From NCBI RefSeq assembly GCF_001194135.2, contig NC_068982.1, positions 129,477,062 through 129,541,061 of the forward strand: a stretch of 64,000 bases of DNA, in the 5' to 3' direction. A program made the translations under genes and the position numbers. Source of the stretch: Octopus bimaculoides (taxonomy: Eukaryota). The notes beneath the pieces are model-generated. The model ran no database searches. It was not told the origin of the DNA and saw only the letters and a list, made by a program, of their open reading frames with translations. Shown here piece after piece: positions 59,181 to 64,000 of this stretch (its first letter is position 1; each line of letters begins with the position of its first letter).

Positions 59181-60993
59181 GACTTTATGACCCTTACCTT
59201 TATAGTGCAAAACATTAATTACAATCTCCTACAATCAACTTCTTGTTTGGTTATATAAACTTAATCATGTTTCATGATATGGCTTTTTACTTATGCGGTC
59301 CTAGTCATTCTTTCCAAACTTGTTTATTGGCTCATCAATCCCTAGCTACTGCCAGATGCAACCTGGTTCAGATCCTGTCTCAATATGCAGAATTGCTCAG
59401 TGGCTTTCAATAGATTGTCTTTTAGGAATACTCAGTAAACTAGTATCAGTTTGTAATATTAGTTAGTAATACCTACAAGATCTGTCAACTTAATGAAATC
59501 ATTAGTTGATTAAGAAATATATATATATAATGTAGACTTATATTCATGTGTGCACCAACTACTGTTATAGATTTTGTGCATGTGTATGCATATGTATGCA
59601 TGTGTGTGCTTACATATAAATGTTTTAAGTGTGTTAATATGTATTTTTTTTTTTTTTTCATTTAACTGCTTACATGCTTTTTGCTTTTCAAAGTTTTATG
59701 CAAAGTTTTTTTAAAGTTATTTTTTAAATTTTATGTATGTTTTGATATTTTTGCTTATGTGAAAATTGTGGAGTATGCTTTTGAAACCAGTTAAAATATT
59801 GTATTATAAAAAAGTTGGGGAGGGTTATATTTTGTGTAGAAAAAGAAAAAACAAATAACATTTTCTTTCTCTCTAGATATACGATACTCACAAACATACT
59901 TAGTCACTGTATGATAAATGCTTTTATTGAAACATTTTCTGGAAAATATCTCTTCGTATAAAGCCAGTTTAATGTGGTTATCTTTGGATTTATTGAAGGT
60001 TATGTCTGAGCTGTGTAGTGCTATATTGGTAAGATTTGTGTTAAAACTTATAATTCCTTCATCAATTAGAAATATTGTAGGCCAAAAGCATCTTTTTTGT
60101 AGCTATCTGCTTTAATGTTTGTCTGCATGACAATACACTGATGTCTTAGTTGCTTTGTTTGTTTAGGTTGTATTAAATAATTGTTTCTTATTGTAAAGGA
60201 TCATATTTAGAAAACATGCCTTAAGACGTCAGTGTTATGTTGCGTACCAGATAAGTTTCTATAATATAAAAAAATAATGAAGTTTCAAATTTTCCCCAGA
60301 TACATTTTGACACTTAGAAGTTATAATCTGGTTGAAATTTGAAATTGTATTTTATTGATCAAAATTATTGCTAATGTTTCTAAAATGTTGCCTGTATCAT
60401 AATGTAGTTTACTTCAAAGCTGTTATACTGTTATATTGCTACCCTACTGCTTTTATTTGAAGGTCTCCTCATAATAAGATAGATTTTTACAACAATATTA
60501 TATTTATTTAACAGTGATTGAGTTTGTCTTAGCTATTAAAATGCCTAAAGAATGAATGTTTCTTAATTGGTGATAGAGCTTTTGTAAGCTGGTTAGCTGT
60601 TATGTGTTTTCCCATTATTCACACCCACACACACACCAAATTCATTATAAAGTTGGATAAATCCTACTATTTAATGAACAAATTGCATTATTTACTTGAT
60701 TAAATTTCTTGACTGAAAGAAAGCCTACTAGCAATTTTCGAATGGGTTATTAATGTATGTTCTTGTGCTTTTATTTACTTTCTATGATTGGATGCATAAA
60801 AAGAGAGGCTTTTGTCTCAGTAACTGCAGTTTGCTTGTTTTGATTTTGATGAATAATTTTAAAATTTTGATTTTTGTTTTACAGTTAATTTTTACTCTGT
60901 GTGAAACTGTACCTTATTGCATGTCATCTGTTGTCTGATGTTTCTAAATGCACTGTTACATTGTGTATATTAAACACGTATTAGTCACCTCGT

Positions 60994-61041
<48 letters not shown>

Positions 61042-61125
61042 CATACATACATATGCACTACACATACATATACACAGCTGTGTGTTTGTGATACTTGAAG
61101 GTAGCTCTGTTGGATATACTTGCAG

Positions 61126-61198
61126 GATTTTGATGGTGATTTTAAAGGGGAGAAAAAGAAAGGTTTCTTCAAGTCTTTTAAAGAAAAAATAAATAAAG
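61126..61198 (+). CDS. GAPVD1: GAPVD1 coding exon 11 (phase 0-1): DFDGDFKGEKKKGFFKSFKEKINK
   Basis: ATACTTGCAG| acceptor, AAG|GTAGGT donor; phase fits; basic/aromatic segment in the position of human RPWWRKRF as recalled. Confidence 0.8.
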
Positions 61199-61749
61199 GT
61201 AGGTTACTCTCCCTTCCCCCCCCCCTGGCATGTCTCTCTCTCCCTACAAATACCTGCCACTTTATGCCAAGTTTAACGTTCATTTACAACTTTACTGAGT
61301 TGACATAAGGAGATTTGAAAGGATCTTATTTCAATTTTATTTTGAGCAGAGCATTGATGGGTTTGGAGCAACACTAGAATATTCATTAAATTTTATCAGA
61401 ATATATTTCCATCTCTTTTGGTATAAACCAAAGCAGACATAAATCATTCTGTTCCTTACTTTGACAATATAATTTGCAACTAGATACAATAACTACAAAT
61501 AGACACTATGGAGAGAGGTAACATCTTATCTTCCTATAGGTAGCAGATGTACTGTATTATTGATATCTTATATAGACATAAAACTTCAAAAATGAAAGAC
61601 ACATATAGCTGAGCAGATCACCTCCAGTATGTACTTAACTGGTGGTGCTTATTGACAACACTGGAAAAATGAAGTTGAAATCAGATTCAGCAGGATTTGA
61701 ACTCTGATCATAAAAGCATGCAGCTAAACATCACCATCCATTTCACCTG

Positions 61750-62310
61750 TCACTCTTGTGCAAGAGTACAGCGCCCTCTGGCAAGAATGGACTGGACCAC
61801 TGCATATAAATAGCAGTGGTCTGTGTTAGTGAGGTAGTTCATGCTAGTTCCACAGTTTGTGTGTTGATAGTTCAAAGCTGGAGTTCAAAGTTTACAGTTT
61901 GAGCTAGTGTGTTGGATTGTTGGTTCTTAAAGGATTGTTGTTACGTTCCATTGTGGTTACTACCGTTTGTTTCGATTATATTAATAATAATTACACTGTT
62001 GCAGTGTGTTCATTTATCCATAATGATATCACTGCAGGTAGAAAGTGAAATTAAAAGTGTTATGATGAACATTATCCAAGAACTATCAGAGACAGCACAG
62101 GATATAAGAATGAAAGCTGATAGGTGATGAGTATATTATGAAAATAAAAGAAGCTTTCAAAAATAAACAATAAAAATTCAGATGCCAGTGGTTTTTCAAT
62201 TTGCGATGATATTCTGATGTATACCCAAAGAGTGATGGTTCTAACTACATTACGAAAAGGTGTATTGCAACAATTTCATAGCAGACATCCAGGAATGGCA
62301 AGGATGTCTG
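61750..62310 (+). mobile_element. Ty3/gypsy LTR-retrotransposon fragment (LTR-like piece and integrase Zn-binding region)
   Basis: 62196-62306 translates SICDDILMYTQRVMVLTTLRKGVLQQFHSRHPGMARM (HxxHPG..RM integrase zinc-binding motif). Upstream segment has TATAAATAG and is LTR-like (less certain). Confidence 0.75.
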
Positions 62311-62641
62311 ATCATTTTTAAACTTCTCATTCCACACATACACACTTCTTTGCAGTAGAGCAGCATTCCTGTATTGAACTGAAAGTTTTCAATGAATTTC
62401 AGCCCCTGACACACTTTCAGACCCAAGAATTCAAATCACTGATCTCTGTTCTTCTTTGGTGCACACTACCAGTGGAGTGGCCATGTTTACTCTGTAACAT
62501 AACAGAGAAAACTGGAGCGATCAAGGTTAAACCTTTGTTACTTAACCACAAGAGTACCACCTTTTAGCATTTGAGCACTGAAGGCAGTGTGGATAGTTGA
62601 AAGAAAACTTTGGCAAAAGGGAGGATTATTTTTGACATTAA

Positions 62642-62745
62642 CCCTTTCGTTACTGTATTATATTGAGATGCTCTGTATTTCTTTTAATTACTTTAAATAT
62701 AACAAAGAATTTAGTAAAATAACTTAGTTATCATTCAGCTAGTGT
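62642..62745. mobile_element. Truncated copy of piggyBac-type MITE family 2
   Basis: TTAA|CCCTTTC...TTGAGATGCTCTG...TAGTAAAATAACTTAGTTATCATTCAGCT matches 13958-14060. Confidence 0.8.
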
Positions 62746-62850
62746 TATCTTATAAATCTTTCCAAATGTTATACTTTGTCCTGTGACAAGATAACTAACT
62801 GTGTGCTTGAAGTTTCACATCTAATCGGTGAATTATGTTTCACATTTCAG

Positions 62851-62895
62851 GTATGAAAAAGAGAGGAAAGAGTGACAGAGATGATTTGTTCTCGG
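62851..62895 (+). CDS. GAPVD1: GAPVD1 coding exon 12, 45-nt microexon (phase 1-1): (G)MKKRGKSDRDDLFS
   Basis: TGTTTCACATTTCAG| acceptor, CGG|GTAAGT donor; continues the basic stretch of exon 11. The gene continues beyond the window. Confidence 0.78.
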
Positions 62896-63454
62896 GTAAG
62901 TAACATTATATGGAAAATGCTCATCTCCTATGTATGTCTTACGTCATAATTGTTTAGAAAGACAAGTAGGGTCATGAGTCTTGTCTAAAGACAAGGCTTG
63001 TAACACTGCTGCTTGCTTTTCAATAATTCTAATTGATGATAAGTGTCAATCCACTTCCAGAATTTAGTCTTAAGCAAGATAAGCAGACTTAAAGATATAT
63101 ATATATATATATTTCAGTGGAATATCAGTGCCAGCCACCTTACCATGCAGCAAAGGCATGGGACTACAGCATGGTGGATTGTGAAAAGATAGCAGAAGAG
63201 CTCAGCTGAGCCACCAGTGCTTCTTAGATTGATGCTGAGTCGAGGGATCATAGAAGATCAATGGTCAGGATCACCAAGTTCTATCAAGAGAGTAACTGCA
63301 ACACATCCATATGGGCAGCACTCATGGTTGTGTAATCAGCTAATGAAAGATTCATTATGACTCAAGCTCCAAATTCATAATAATGGAATTGGATGATGAC
63401 AGAGAGCCATGAGAATCGGTGAAAAGAAATGTGCATGTATTTACATTATAGCAT

Positions 63455-63798
63455 ATCACCATCATCATCGTTTAACATCCGCTTTCCATGCTAGCATGGG
63501 TTGGACGATTTGACTGAGGACTGGCGAACCAGATGGCTACGCCAGGCTCCAATCTGATTTGGCAGAGTTTCTACAGCTGGATGCCCTTCCTAACGCCAAC
63601 CACTCCGAAAGTGTAGTGGGTGCTTTTACATGCCACTGGCACGAAGGCCAGTCAGGCGGTACTGGCAACGGCCAAGCTCAAAGTGGTGTATTTTATGTCA
63701 CCTGCACAGGAGCCAGTCCAGTGGCACTGGCAACGACCTCGCTCGAATGTCTTTTCACATGCCACCGGCACAAGTGCCAGGAAGGCGACACTGGTAAC
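63455..63798 (-). mobile_element. Young RTE 3' end
   Basis: CATCATCATCGTTTAACATCCGCTTTCCATGCTAGCATGGG...; CpGs retained; 3'-UTR subrepeats. Confidence 0.88.
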
Positions 63799-64000
63799 GT
63801 ATATATATATATATATATATATATATTGCATGCTATTTATCTTTGCAATTTTCAAGTTAGATTTTGATATGTAAGATTATGTCACTAAGATACAATTTTA
63901 AATATAGATAAAAAAAGTTATCTGAAAATCATCACCCTTTTCATATTTGCTTTTTCCATGTATGCATAAGTTGAGTGTGACTTCTTGTGACAAAGTTCCT

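Noticed and set aside
61101-61125. Upstream alternative acceptor (TTGAAG|) for exon 11
   Set aside because: In the phase required after exon 10 it hits TGA within 11 codons.

Overview
AT-rich animal genomic DNA from a gapped short-read scaffold (7 N-gaps). The repeat families (CORE-like and Meta-domain tRNA SINEs, RTE LINEs with (GAT)n tails, dense AT/GT/GA microsatellites) point to a coleoid cephalopod, probably an octopus; this taxon call is inference. The one protein-coding gene I can support is GAPVD1 (Gapex-5/RME-6) on the + strand. It has 12 coding exons from ATG 28293 to 62895, all with GT-AG boundaries and mutually consistent phases (3496 coding nt, about 1165 codons). They encode the RasGAP-like domain and the long disordered linker; the C-terminal VPS9 domain must lie beyond the window. 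A CpG-retaining, repeat-free stretch near 19.9-20.9 kb is a candidate, possibly bidirectional, promoter. The rest is transposon debris: RTE LINEs, older RLE-type LINE remnants, SINEs, Helitrons, TTAA-flanked MITEs and a gypsy fragment. Most interesting observations: (1) a tRNA-headed SINE flanked by a target-site duplication whose tail carries a degenerate Penelope-type minimal hammerhead ribozyme; (2) a PHD-like Cys/His finger inside the RT region of two differently aged RTE copies; (3) two long foldback palindromes; (4) a young Helitron pair, one copy retaining a Pif1-helicase fragment; (5) a 45-nt in-frame microexon with recursive-splice-site architecture. No prokaryote-type system (CRISPR etc.) is present. 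Family names come from manual motif recognition and recall, not database searches, and repeat boundaries are approximate unless a TSD is given.
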